DNA of 64,000 nucleotides, from assembly GCA_047967505.1 (NCBI GenBank), contig CM106538.1. One strand, given 5' to 3'. This document shows, piece by piece, positions 24,241-36,600 of this stretch (positions are counted from its first letter, which is position 1; every line of letters starts with the position of its first letter). The notes beneath the pieces are model-generated. The model searched no databases and was not told the origin of the DNA. It saw nothing but the letters and a program-made list of their open reading frames with translations. Made by a program: the position numbers and the translations under genes. This stretch comes from Dipteris shenzhenensis (taxonomy: Eukaryota).

Positions 24241-24413
24241 TGTGGGGGTTAAAGGTCACTGTGCCCTTATTCCAGTTATGTACAATACTCAAACACATAT
24301 ATAAATGAATGAAAAAGAAGATTAGGGTGGTTCTGCACCCACCAAAACTTGTGTGGCTCTCTGTCTCTCTCTCTCTCCTTCTTCCGTTCTTACTTCCGTT
24401 GAGAGCACTCTCA
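24241..24413 (+). repeat. 3' LTR of Copia B (173 bp)
   Basis: Preceded by the PPT and followed by the TSD CCACA. Confidence 0.96.
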
Positions 24414-27400
24414 CCACATAGGCCAACTCTTCTCTTCATATGGGCCAATCCCCAAGTGCCCATTGCTCCTCCTCCACCCCTGCTTCTTCTTCCAAATCCT
24501 CTTCCCCAAGTTCCATAGGTCTATGATGAGCCCTACTAGTCACCATGTCTATCTCCAGGGATGTGGATCCCAAAGGCAATCGAACTTCATCACTTGACCA
24601 ATATTGAATGGCCCTTGCTAATTGCAACCATGTTCTACCGAGTAGGGGATATGTCTGCTCACCTTCCTTCATATCAAGTACAAAAAAATTGGATAGGAAT
24701 ATAACTCCCCCGATTTTCCTTTGACCACCCCCATTGGCCTCACCTTGGGTTGATCTGCCATGCACACTTGAAAGTGAGCATCAAATGTCAATTTTAAACC
24801 CAATTGTTGGAGCGTACCTCTTGACATGATGTTCATGGCGACTATCCCACCATCCAAGAAGACATCTTTTAGCTCCACCTTGTTGATTTCCACCGAGTTT
24901 GGGACTTTGTTCACACATGAGAGCAGCATAGGCTAAGCAATTGTCTAGTGTCACCCCATCTTGACCTATAATTGTCTCTGGTGTGGATCTGAACAGATCC
25001 CCTTTGGCAAACTCCTGGCATGCGATTGAAGAATGCAATAGTTTGATGCTTGATCTGTGGAGACAATAGACAGAGTTGTCCTAGGGTGATGTTGGGCCTA
25101 AAATCCATCAAGTCTTCAATCAAAGAATAGGGATGGACAATAGCTGTAGCCTTTTGTGCCTTCATTCGATGAGCTTTTGGCTGAGGGTCAAAGCTCGCAT
25201 GAGGGAGAGAAGGTGCCTTTGGATTCTCAATCAATGTTTCCTATGGTGACTCTTACTACTAGGCTTCACCCCCATCTCCTTCTCTTTGTTCATTGTGCTT
25301 CATGAGTGGAAAGTGGACGGGCCTGCCTGTGACTCCTTCTCATGTTTTTGTCCTAAAGTTGTCACTTCTGTTGCAAACCTCACTATTCTGGACTTGCAGG
25401 AGGGGAACTAAGGTGTGACGCCTTCATCTTCAGAACTAGATTGAAGATCTTTGGTGACACTCCTGACCACCTCTTGGTACCTTGAAGGCATAGACTACTC
25501 ACTTGGAGTTGAGGTACTTTTAGAGCTATTGATAGGTCTTGATGGCTGTGAAGCCCTTCGGGTTCTTTCTGATCCACTTATAGGGGAAGACAAGGGTGAT
25601 GCATTCCTGTGCCCACTGTCCACCTTGGAGGAAGGAGGTGGGGATGCTCCTTTAGTGGACTGAGTTGGGACTAGATGAGGCCTCTGATATTGATGTTGAG
25701 TCATCCCTACTACTGTCACCCTTCGTTTGTGCCCTTGTCACAGCCCCCAACACTGCACCAATCAAATGGGGTTTGTTACCCTCCCCTGCCACTACTACAT
25801 CAACCATGTTGACTTGCGATGTTGATTCCCCTCTGCCATTGGGACAATCTCTGGTGTAGTGGTCATTTGTGTTGCACTATGTACAAGAAGGTCCCCTGAA
25901 CAGTTGTGTACAATCATCTTGGTAGTGGCCATACTTGCCACACCTGTAGCACATGATTGGTCGACGAAAGTTGGTACCTCATCTTGCACCTCCACATCCA
26001 CCTCAAAACCCACCCCATCAACTGCGTTGATAAGGGGATCCATATCCACCCCCTGACATAGGTGGTTGATAGTGTGCATCGTAGGGCAGAGGATAGAAAT
26101 ATGGAGACCCAATTTAACTGGGAGTAGGAGCTTGGAGGAGCAAGGGAGGATTAGGAAGTAGTGGAGGTGGAATGGTAGGATGGGTAGGTGGTTCAGGTGC
26201 CTTCACAAGGGTTGAAACTAGGGGTACTGGCCCTGAATTGGTCGGTGCATCTCTATTGATTGTAGCCACCAGAGGTTCCCAGTTGGATACTTCGATAGAA
26301 GGGGTGGGTACCTTACGTTTCGATGGACATTCCCAATAGCCATGGCCAGAACCCTTGCAGTCAGTGCACTAGAGACCTAGAGAGCTTCAATGGGTGACGG
26401 TCCATCTACCCTTGTTCTGTCTTTCATACCTTCTTTGATCTCTTCTAACTCCTTCTTCAGTTGTTGCCATGCCTGTGAGCCCTCTTTTCTCGGATGTTGG
26501 GAGGTCTGGGTGGGCATTGGGTGAAACTTAACTGGGACCATTCCATCTTCAGCACTTTCGTTAGGAAATCTTGTATTGAGGCATGCTTAGGGAGTTTGTC
26601 AACCAGACTTATAGCAATGGTGGAGGGTAAATACTTTAAACAACCACCCCTTCATGATGGCATCATTGGGTGGCACAGACATATTCGCAGCCAGGACCCT
26701 CATCCTTGTGTACATCTCTAAGATACTTGTGCCAGGATTCATGGTATTAGTGACTAACTCCTAGACAATCATGTGTTAGAATTTTTCCAACTTGAAAGTG
26801 TGTAAGAATTCCCCCCTTAGCTCTACCCACGTTTGGAAGTGGTTAGGGGGAAATTGATTGTACCATACAACATCCGCGGCAACCTCTAATGACGAGGGGA
26901 AAATGTGAAGGAATGCATGCTCATTCTCCACACGTTTAGCTCTACATGCTCTGAGGAATTTCCTCACATGAGCTTCTGCATCCTCATGGAGGTGGCCTTT
27001 GAACTTTTGAGTCTTCACATGGACCTTGTTTAGCTCAAGAAGTCTAGCTCTGTCTACAAGACTGAGAAGGCCATCCCCACCCAAGAGGCTGAAGGAGATG
27101 CAAGGCTTGTAGGGAGTCCTGCTGGAGCAGTAGTGAGTGCGGGTGCTCCTCCATAGGAGGACCACAATGGGGAAGACATTACTGATGTAACCATAGAGGA
27201 AGTGTACACAGATTGTATGGCATACGTAGAGGGCCTTGGTGTTGCAGAGGGAAAGGGTGAGAACATAGAAGATGTGGGCATTAAGGAGGATGGGAGAGCA
27301 TTAGGGAAAGAGAAGGACGAAGTTGAAGTAATGGATGAGTAGGCAGTAGGGAAGGAAGGAGGTGATGGAAAAGGCAGCACAGGTGTCGATGGAAAGGGGG

Positions 27401-28899
27401 TTGAAACCTTCATGGTAGGTAAAAGCATGGCCGAAGCAAAAGTACCCTCAAGTGGGATAGATGTGGAAGAAGGATCTGCTAGGAACCCACAGCTATGCAT
27501 AACATTTGGGGTAGCAGCTTGTCCAATAGAGGTCGAGTGTGGGAGCAAAGGGAGTCACCACTCCTGCAGAAGTGGTGGTTGATGAAGCAAATGGAGGAGA
27601 GGGGCTGCCTTGATCTTGATGAGTCCTTGAGGAGCCTTCGCCCTTTGTACCCTCTTCTTTCACATGTTCTCTTCTTTGCACTTCTTGTCCAGAGTCCGGA
27701 TCTACTGACCACTAGGATTCTTGTTGATCCAAGTCAATGAGAGTGTCGATGAAGTTACTTGCTCTGGCTTCTCCTCCAATGGGCTCACTTTGTGCTCATG
27801 CTGAGGACTTCAAGAACTTTCTGGCATGTAATGCTTCTTGTATCGAGTTGGTCTACCAGAAGTCTTCTCCCCACTCTCCTCAAGTACCTCCTAGTTCTCT
27901 CACTAGCTCCTTCAAATGTTTTAGAACTACTCGACATAAGACGTCTCTCTAGGACCCTAGAGCACCACTTCACTTGTGCTACTCAACACCAACAATGTCC
28001 CACTATGATTGTCGTAAACTTTTGGAGGGGGGGGGTTCCTAACACTTCTAGAAGTGTTATTGGAGGCCTAGGGCCATTGGTGTGAGGAGCAAGTAAGCGA
28101 GGGCCACTGGTGTCAATGATGGTGCATGCAGAACGATGTTGTCAACGATCGAACATATGAGAACATTGGTGTTGCCGAAGGTGCGAGCAAGTGCAAGAGG
28201 TGCAACAGTGATGCAAGCCTAGCAAAACAAAGTTACAAGAGCCATCCCTCAACATGAACACAAGAGAACTCGAGCCACATAACATAAGGACCATTATACC
28301 AAGTGAAGGGGGATGAAGAGGGGAATACACGGGATGAAGGGGAGCTACAGTTCTGAAAAGAGAGGGGGAGAAGGATAGTATTCAGAGTAGAAGAGAACTA
28401 CATCAGTAGGACACCACAACGTTACACTTGAAGAGCTTGCCCCAAAACCTCTATGTCACTATCCTATTCCCCTTACAATCATAGAATGCCCCCCTCCTTC
28501 CTTTCCCCATCCTCTTCATCCCCTCCATCCCCATGGAGGGTCCCTTTCTCTCGCTAAAAATCTTATTTCCTCCATTATATTGGTGGTGGCTCTCGGTCTC
28601 TTAGCCATTATACCCCTAGGACTCTTCATGGTTTCAACCACTTCTGACTTGCTAGCCTCCTCCTCGTTGGTGATATGATTACCCCATGTGCACCTCTCTG
28701 TGCACCTCTTTGATACCCTATGTGTACCTCTCTATGCACTTCTCTGTGTGCTGCTTAGCCCTCTGACTCCTTCAATGTGCATTTATCTTCTCCATGTGAG
28801 CTCTTGGCTAGCTAGCCCTGCACCACCATTGATATAGTTCTGACAAGTGGACTCAAAAGAGATCTCGCCATAGTATGCAAGTGACCATGGTTATTTCTA

Positions 28900-29155
28900 T
28901 CTCTAGTTAACATAGTTGTCACCTTGTTTGCTCAGTGACATAGTTGTCATCTAGCAAGCTCACTGACATTGTCATTACTTGGCCAGTTTGGTGAGATGAT
29001 TGTCATCTAGTCAGCTGTCTAACATATAGTTCACCATGGTCAACTGTCTAACATCACTCGGTGACATGGTTGTCATCTGGATAGCTCACTGCCATAGTTG
29101 TCACCCGGTGACATGGTTGTCATCTGGACAACTCCCTAACATAGCTGTCACTTGG
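28900..29155. repeat. Degenerate short-unit repeat (tgacat[a/g]gttgtca[t/c]c motif)
   Basis: The motif recurs about 7 times and resembles the core of the 13.3-14.5 kb array. Confidence 0.6.
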
Positions 29156-30774
29156 TAAGCTCGTCGGCTTGAACTTGAATATCCACAACATAACCTTTGT
29201 ATAAACATATGCTCAAGTTTGTGGGTGTGTGTGGGGTGTGTTTGTGAGCATACATTGATACAAAGGTCTACACCCAATACTAACATAGCTGATGACGTTA
29301 TTGGGGATGTCATAGTAGCTAGTCTCCACTATTCATAATGGAGTTGAGGTTTGATAGATTTCCACTATTCATAATGGAGTTGAGGTTTATAATCTATCAG
29401 ATGACTAACTGTCACGAGGGCATGAGTTTTGCACTTACATGTGGGCACGAACCTAGAAAACTAAGGGGCAGGGCCTTGGGATGTGGGTGTGCAAGAATTC
29501 CCTTAGGGATTAGTGCCTTGGGATTGACTTAATGAATAAGTCCAAAGAGGGGGCAGAAAGCACCTAAGGTTCCCAAGTGGGCCATTGGTTGAGCCCTTAA
29601 AAATTGCCCCACTAAAGGGGGCAAATTAAAACATGGGGATGCAACGTAGCATCCACCAGGCCAACCTCCTTACATAGATGAATTAAGCAAGGAAAAGCTT
29701 CCAAGCACCTAGGGGAAAGGTGGTGTGGAAATCAACGAGGTGAGAAAATAGAGTTTGGATCATGTTCTAGTAATATCGTGTTGGAAAGAACTACAGAGGA
29801 GATTGGAAGCTGTCCATACAACAGGATTGAGCAACCATATAGTAGGACAAAGGGTCTTGGAGGTCATTTTATTGCTTCTACAGGATGCTTAAACCATTGA
29901 AGGCGTCAAGTTGGTGGTTGTTTCAACCCAATAGCATTGTGACAAAAATAATTCTCTTATCCAACCACCAATAAATAGTATGATGGAAGCAAATCCAACA
30001 CAGACATCATGATCCAAGGTCTTGAAAACTCGATTCTACTTTGGTCCGAAGAGCCATCCAACATTGAGACAGATTCAAATATTATTTTGATTGCTTCTAA
30101 TTGTGGTTTATTTATTGCTTAGTTCTAGGTTAATCTAGATCTGACCTTGATATGTTTGGATAAGGCCGTAATGTCCTAGTAAGAGAGGAGTGGGTAGGTA
30201 GTCCATATACAAAACCCATGTGCGTCAAACTATGTGACTCTATCATAACAAGACTTGGCATAACTTGTTAGTGGAAATATCTTGGATGACTAATTGTAAG
30301 CTTTGAAAATCTGCATCATAACCCATGGCTTAGATGCTCTAAATGAGGGTTAGTGTCTTTAAGATATGACTGAACTCTTAGACCAGCTTGACACTATTAG
30401 AATGACTCTAATACTCTTAGATGCACTAAATGAGGATTAGTTGCTTTAAGATATAACCAAACTCTTAGACCCACTTGACACTAGTGTCCATGTATTAGAA
30501 TGACACTAATACTTGTACTCCCCCCCCCAACCCATGCATCCCAAAACACCTTCCATAGTTTATTGAGGAGCATGTATCTTGGGCCAAACTATCTTGGCCA
30601 TTTACCATGAAGTCGTTAACATGGGGGATCCTACAAGCATCATGTTCCCAAGTTTGTAGGTGCACTTATTGGTAGTATGATTCAATGAATTCAGTATCCA
30701 ACATGTAGCCTTTGTAGAAACCTGGATAGAAATGCTAAAATACAAGTTTTGCATTTTCATTATTGTATTTCACT

Positions 30775-32680
30775 ATGTATATATATTATTAAATAACCTA
30801 AAACTCATGCTGCAGATATTTTAAATATGTCGAATTTGGTATTGGAGATGGAAAAAAATAATGAAAGTGAAGAATACATGCCTGAAGAGTTTCGGAAACC
30901 ATTCCTTAAAATGGAGGGAAGGACAACAAAAAATATGATACCATGGGCTACTTTCCAACAAGATATAATGGCATTTTGGGAGGATATTAAACCCTAACTT
31001 GTGACCTGTATTGTACAGGAGCATGACTTTAGAAGAAGAGCATCTCACACATATAGTAAGTTTCGTATATGTAACGAATCTGAGGTAAGCTGGGCATGCC
31101 ATGTATCAATCATCGGCATTGTCAACTATGCATGTCAAATTTTGGGCTGGAATGTTCTGATGAATGTCACCTCCTCAATTGATGTTGGAAAATTAGAAGT
31201 AGATGTGGTTGGATTTATAACAACTCTAAGTTCAATTCTTCAATATCTTTCAGTAATTTTACCGATCGAGGTTAAAGGAATTGAAGCCAGGTTTGTCAGA
31301 CTATTTATGTGACCTATATGATGCTCTAACAGAGACAAAATACATAATCAATGCTCTAGCACAAATATTCTACTACATGGTGTTTATATATTATTAAATA
31401 ACCCAAAACTAATGCTGTAGATATTTTAAATATCTCAAATTTAGCATTGGAGATGGAAAAGAATATTAAAAGTGAAGAATATATGCCTGAAGAGTTTTGA
31501 AAGAGCACATACAAAACCATTCCTAAAAATGAAGGGAGGATAGTATAAAATATGATACCTTGGGCTATTTTTCAACAAGTGTCAAATTTTGAGCTAGAAT
31601 ATTCTAGTGAATGCCACCTCCTCAATTGATGTTGGAAAATTAGAAGTAAATGTGGCTAAATTTATAACAACTCTAAGTTCAATTCTACAATATCTATTAG
31701 TAGTTTTACCAATCGAGATTAAAGGGCGATGGCAGCTAAAGCTAGGTATGTCAAACCATTTATGTGACCTATATGATGCTCCAATAGAGAAAAAGACATA
31801 ATCAATGCTCTAGCACAAATATTCTACTACATGGTTGTACAAGAGACGCAATACAGTAGCATCATATCTTTTTTATGACAATCAATGATCCCACAAATGA
31901 GACATTTTATTTCTCTCCAACAATCAATCATGGAGATGTAAATCTAAGTGTCTGCCATTGTTATCTTTATAAGCTTTGGAAATCCAAGGAGGGAGACACT
32001 GTCCAAGATCCAGAGATGCAACCATCTCAAAAGTAGATTCCATTCATTAGTAGAGGAGACATTAGAGGAAGGGGCAGCCAAAGAGGGACTAAAGGAAGGG
32101 GCAATCAAAGAATAGAAAGGGACAGTCAAACAGGAACAGTCAAATGGGGACTCATGGCTTCATACTCTTGAGGAGTTGAAGTACGAGGGCAAAGTGATAA
32201 AGAAGGGAAAAACTGCATAGTAAGGGAAGAAAAAATTTAGAATGTTGATGTATGTGTGAAGATTTTTTAGTTTTTTTGAAAGATATGACAATTTGCAATC
32301 TTTCAGAACTAAGGTAGGAATCTACCAGCATTTGCAACCCCTTTAAGGCTTAGTAATTCTGGTGAGGGTTGCATATGATACTGGAAACATTACATTGGCT
32401 TTTTAGCCTCCAAAAAGGAAGATAAAATCTTGAGTGCTTGCAGAAGCTCACCTTCATGGTTGCCAAGTTATCCTCATTCTCTTAAGGATGCCTTCTCAAA
32501 TATTCACAAGTATAATGTGGTCCATAACGACATCCATCCAAGCAATGTGGTATTTTTCAGTCCATATGATGCCCTATATCATTTAAAATTATTGATTTTT
32601 GGAGCAATATTCAATACAAAAATCCAAGGGACATTGCAAGGGAGTCCATTCATGTCAAATCCTTAAGGAAACCACTTTGG
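30775..32680 (+). pseudogene. Restriction-endonuclease-fold (PD-(D/E)xK) plus protein kinase pseudogene, Crinkler/fungal type, with a duplicated N-terminal block
   Basis: EVDVVGF...ILPIEVKG and INALAQIFYYMVVQETQY (nuclease-like); VGIYQHLQPL*GLVI (LQG..IP motif) at about 32315-32360; VVHNDIHPSNVV...LKLLIFG (catalytic loop and DFG remnant) at 32517-32603. Block 30775-31380 is repeated at 31385-31835. Confidence 0.6.
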
Positions 32681-33614
32681 AAGAAGAGGATTGTAGATCA
32701 AAGAGATGAAGCTTCAGAAAGACATGGCATTTTTTAATATGATGTCAATAATGACTAGAGTCAACATGGCAAAGTAAGTATACATATGTTCTTTAGAGTA
32801 TTATTTAGAAATTATGTGTGTTTTAAACACTTTATTCAATATAGGATTATACAATAATTGCATAGACACCATTTGTAGCAATTTTAAATGAGAACTACAA
32901 AGCTATGTTTTATTTTTTAGCTATTAAGTGGAGATCAAGTTAACTTGATTCTACAGGAAACAATATGAAAAGTGTGCATTGCAAAAGCATTTGTTGAAAC
33001 AGACTGAGAAGGAAAACAACATTGATGAGACATGACTTGAACAAATATGGTGAGTAGATTAATCAACTTGAAATGATTTGTAGAAAATACATGTGCTTTT
33101 AGACTTTGTTTAGGAGCATATGCTAACCGGGCTATTGTATACTGAGTTGGCTACCTAGGAATTGAGCAAGATTTGTGTTTATTTCAGATTGTCAGCTAAG
33201 TGTTCACTTTGCTGATGTGCAATAGTTCTACCAACATGCGAATGCAATCAGAGCTGAAATATATACTTATGATGTGGACTACCATTGGGTTTCAAAACTG
33301 CACACCGACACAAACAAAAAGATAAAAGCAAAGGGTCTGTTGGTGAGATCTTGGAATAAATTCGGCTGAAGCCATAAATTCTTGAGGACTTGAGGCAGTT
33401 TTGAAGAAGAAGCCATATACTTCTATTGTCACTCGTTCTCCCAAGTGCAGGTTCCAAGGGTGTTGGTCACCTACAGTCGTGCCGGAGCTCATTGTAGCAT
33501 AGGTCCTCAGGTCGTATTCCAATGAGAGATGTAGACTAAAGTGTGGAAAGCAGATCTCATGCACACGTGGGTGAGAGGGCTTGATCACAACGATGGATGG
33601 AGGCTCTAGCCTCC

Positions 33615-36600
33615 ACGACCAAATATGTGGAGATGCCCAACGTGTGGCTTGTGTCCAGTGAATGCTTCATAAGGAGTCATACCTTGTATCGGTTTGGTAG
33701 GAAGCCGATTAAGCAAATAGTTTGCTATGGCTAATGCTTCTTCCCAATACTGATTTGGAAGATGCTTTTCACTAAGCATTGCTCTAGCACTGTCTGCTAA
33801 AGTCCCATTCTTCCTTTCAGCTCTTGCATTCTGCTGAGGAGTATTCGCACAAGTGCATTGTCTTCGAATGCTGTGACTTCTGCAAAAGTTCATGAAGGCT
33901 AAAGACATGTATTCACCTCCTCTATCCGATCTCATGGCTTTGATCTTTTTGCCTGTCTAGTTTTCTACCATTGCTTTGAATTCTTGAAATCTAGAAAACA
34001 CTTCAGATTTCTTTTTCAGAGAGTAGACCCAACAATATATGCTGTAGTCATCGATGAAACTCAAGTAGTAAAGTGAACCATTGATGATGTGGGTTTGGGC
34101 ATAACCCCATACATCTATATGAATCAGATCAAGAGTACCTCATGCACAAGAGGTACTTCTGCCAAAGTTGGTTCGTTTTTGTTTACCGAAGCAGCATGCT
34201 TCGTAAAGTTTTCCAAGAAACTGTAGCTTCGAAATCCCAATTGCCATATTTTGATCTCTGAGATCTAACAAGTACTTGAAATTGACATGACCATATCTCT
34301 TGTGCCATTTTGCAGATAGTGGCATCTGTTGCGGTTGATCTGACATGGCATGCTTATCTGGTAATGTAGCTAGCATTCCATATAAGTGTCCTTCTTTGAC
34401 ACCTTTTGCTACTAGAGCTGACATCTTCTTGATTTGTCTCTGATAGTGCATTCATCTCCATCGAAGATGACTCAATAATTGTGTTCCGTCATTTGACCTA
34501 TTGACAAGAGATTCTTGCTGAGCTTTGGAACATAGAGTACATCTTTCACCAATCCTTTCGTACCAGTGAAATTATTCATAGGGATAACACCTGTCCCTTG
34601 AATTGGATTCATTGGATTATCTGCTATGTAGATGACATTTTTCTGACCTTCTAATGGTTTCATCTCTATGAACCATTACTAATGTGAGATGATGCACTGC
34701 TGTCGATGTACCAAAGATCCTGTTCTACTCGGCCGACTTGACAGCTGAATTCCTCTTTAGAATTGAAATCAGGGTCTAGGTACACTATATCAATTTGCTA
34801 CATTTCCTCGTTTGCAAGAAACATATTCCCATGTTTAATTGCAAAATGACTATGACTAGAATGTCCACCACGATGATTTCCTCTTTTGCAAAAATTCTCT
34901 CGATCATACTACCTTTTTTGGCAATCTCTTTCATAGTGTCCAAACTTGTGACAATAGTTGCACTGGATGTTTGACATGTTGGTGGATGCATTCCCTCGTC
35001 CTTGGAATCTTCCTTGATTGGAAAAATTTCCTCTTTGTTGATTCTGATGTTGCTAAGGATGATGTTGATGCTGATACTTACTTTGCTAATGATGACCTTG
35101 TTGTCACTGATGATTACCACTTTTCTTGTATGATCTACCTCTGCCTCTGCCTCTACCTCTGCCTTTGTTTGAAGCTGTGAATGCTTGATTATTAGAATGA
35201 TCTTTTCGTGCTTGAATGGCTTGCGTCCTGAGTTCTTTACCAAGTAACACTGACTGAAGTTCTTCCAGTGTTGGAATTTGCCATTGGATGGCAATAGTCT
35301 GGACTAGATTCTCGAATCCTTCTCCTAGTCCATTTAGGATGACTTGAACCATTTCTGTTGGATTCATGGTCTCTCCTCCTGCTGCAAGTTGATTGTTGTA
35401 GTCTTTGATCTGGAGTGGTTTCGTGCTCTTGCAAAAACTCTAGTTGATTTGGTTTCTCAATGTGAGAATCCTGGATGTGATCTTGGACTCGTAGAGAGCT
35501 ACGAACATATCCCATGCTTCTTTCAATGTCTTGATTGTGTTGAGCTATCCTAGCATGACATCTTGCACATTCTGCTTGATCAGATAATATGCATACTTGT
35601 CTTTCTCATTCCATTCTACTTGAACTCGGGCAATGGCAGGATCTGCTACAAGTGCGAAAACGGTTTGCGTAGTTGTAGATCCCGCTATAGATCCTACTGC
35701 TGGTGTTGTGACAACAAGTGGAGTAGAGCTACTGGTGGCTGGATCGTCCAATGGTATAGGTGTAGATCCATCAACATACTCCCATTTGTCTTGAAGTACA
35801 AGAATGGTCTCCATTTGGTATTTCCATGTGCCGTAATTAGAGTTGTCTAGCTTAGCAGATGCCTCTAGATTGAGGTTGCTAGTCGTAAACATGGTGCAGG
35901 ATATGTACTCAAAGTGTCATGAAAATCACTGTCTAAATCAACTGCAAAACACTGACCGTGCCAAATGAAATATGAACTGTCGGTGAAGATAGAACTGCAA
36001 TATATAAAATCCGATCTGTGTTACAAGGCTTGTGGCAAATGATGCTAGGAATAGCCAAGAGGCTTTACAAGGCTGAAATGATGTGCACAATGTCATGAAA
36101 TAGCCGAATAGGCTTTATAATGGTGGCATGTGTGTGTGAAATCAAATCATGTGCTATCTTCCCCCACCCCCCACTGAACAATCGATAATGGCTCTGAACA
36201 CTCTAAAGTCTACTCACTGAACTAATGAACATCAGGTTTCAGGTAATGTGATGATGTGAAATCATATGTGAGCGTATGGACTAACTCTGAGTAGGTACTA
36301 GTTGGTAATTTCGAGCATGGCTTAGATTGGCAGCTTGGGGAGATTCAAAGTGTCCCCTCTATGGTAATCTAGTCTACTCTGATCCACTTCTATACCAACT
36401 ATCGATCGACGAAAGAATAGTTTTCTTTGGTTCTTTTTATGTGTTGGGTCAGATGCATCGATGTAGAGGTAGATGTACATGTAGGAAGTGGTTTTGTCAG
36501 TGAAGCTCAAAAGTAAGTGATACTTGTGCCAAAATATGCCTGTGATGTGATGAGTGCGTAGAGCATGAAAAATCAAGTGACTTAGTGCCCTCAAATTCTT

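Larger units (their letters stand above)
18513..24413 (+). mobile_element. Ty1/Copia LTR retrotransposon B (Tnt1/Tork-like), full-length structure with a disrupted gag-pol
   Basis: LTRs at 18513-18685 and 24241-24413 (about 7 differences in 173 bp by eye). Perfect TSD CCACA (18508-18512 and 24414-24418). PBS tggtatcaaagcc at 18688-18700. PPT aagtgggaggt at 24230-24240. Confidence 0.97.
14660..27990 (-). mobile_element. Ty3/Gypsy retrotransposon G (non-chromoviral, Athila/Tat-like), decayed, interrupted by Copia B; LTRs not resolved
   Basis: Retrotransposon gag at 26776-27165; protease (VFLDGG, YPLLGRTWL) at 24436-24929; RT (MPFGLCNAPAMFQR, LEVFLDDFS) at 16524-17389; RNase H (ERNYSTTE, ITDHQALKYL) at 15872-16360; integrase (H...GGH, SDRGTHF, WIGPFYI) at 14672-15786. 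Domain order is PR-RT-RH-INT. Confidence 0.9.

Noticed and set aside
33240-33610. Short ORFs left of Copia D
   Set aside because: No recognisable domain in any frame.
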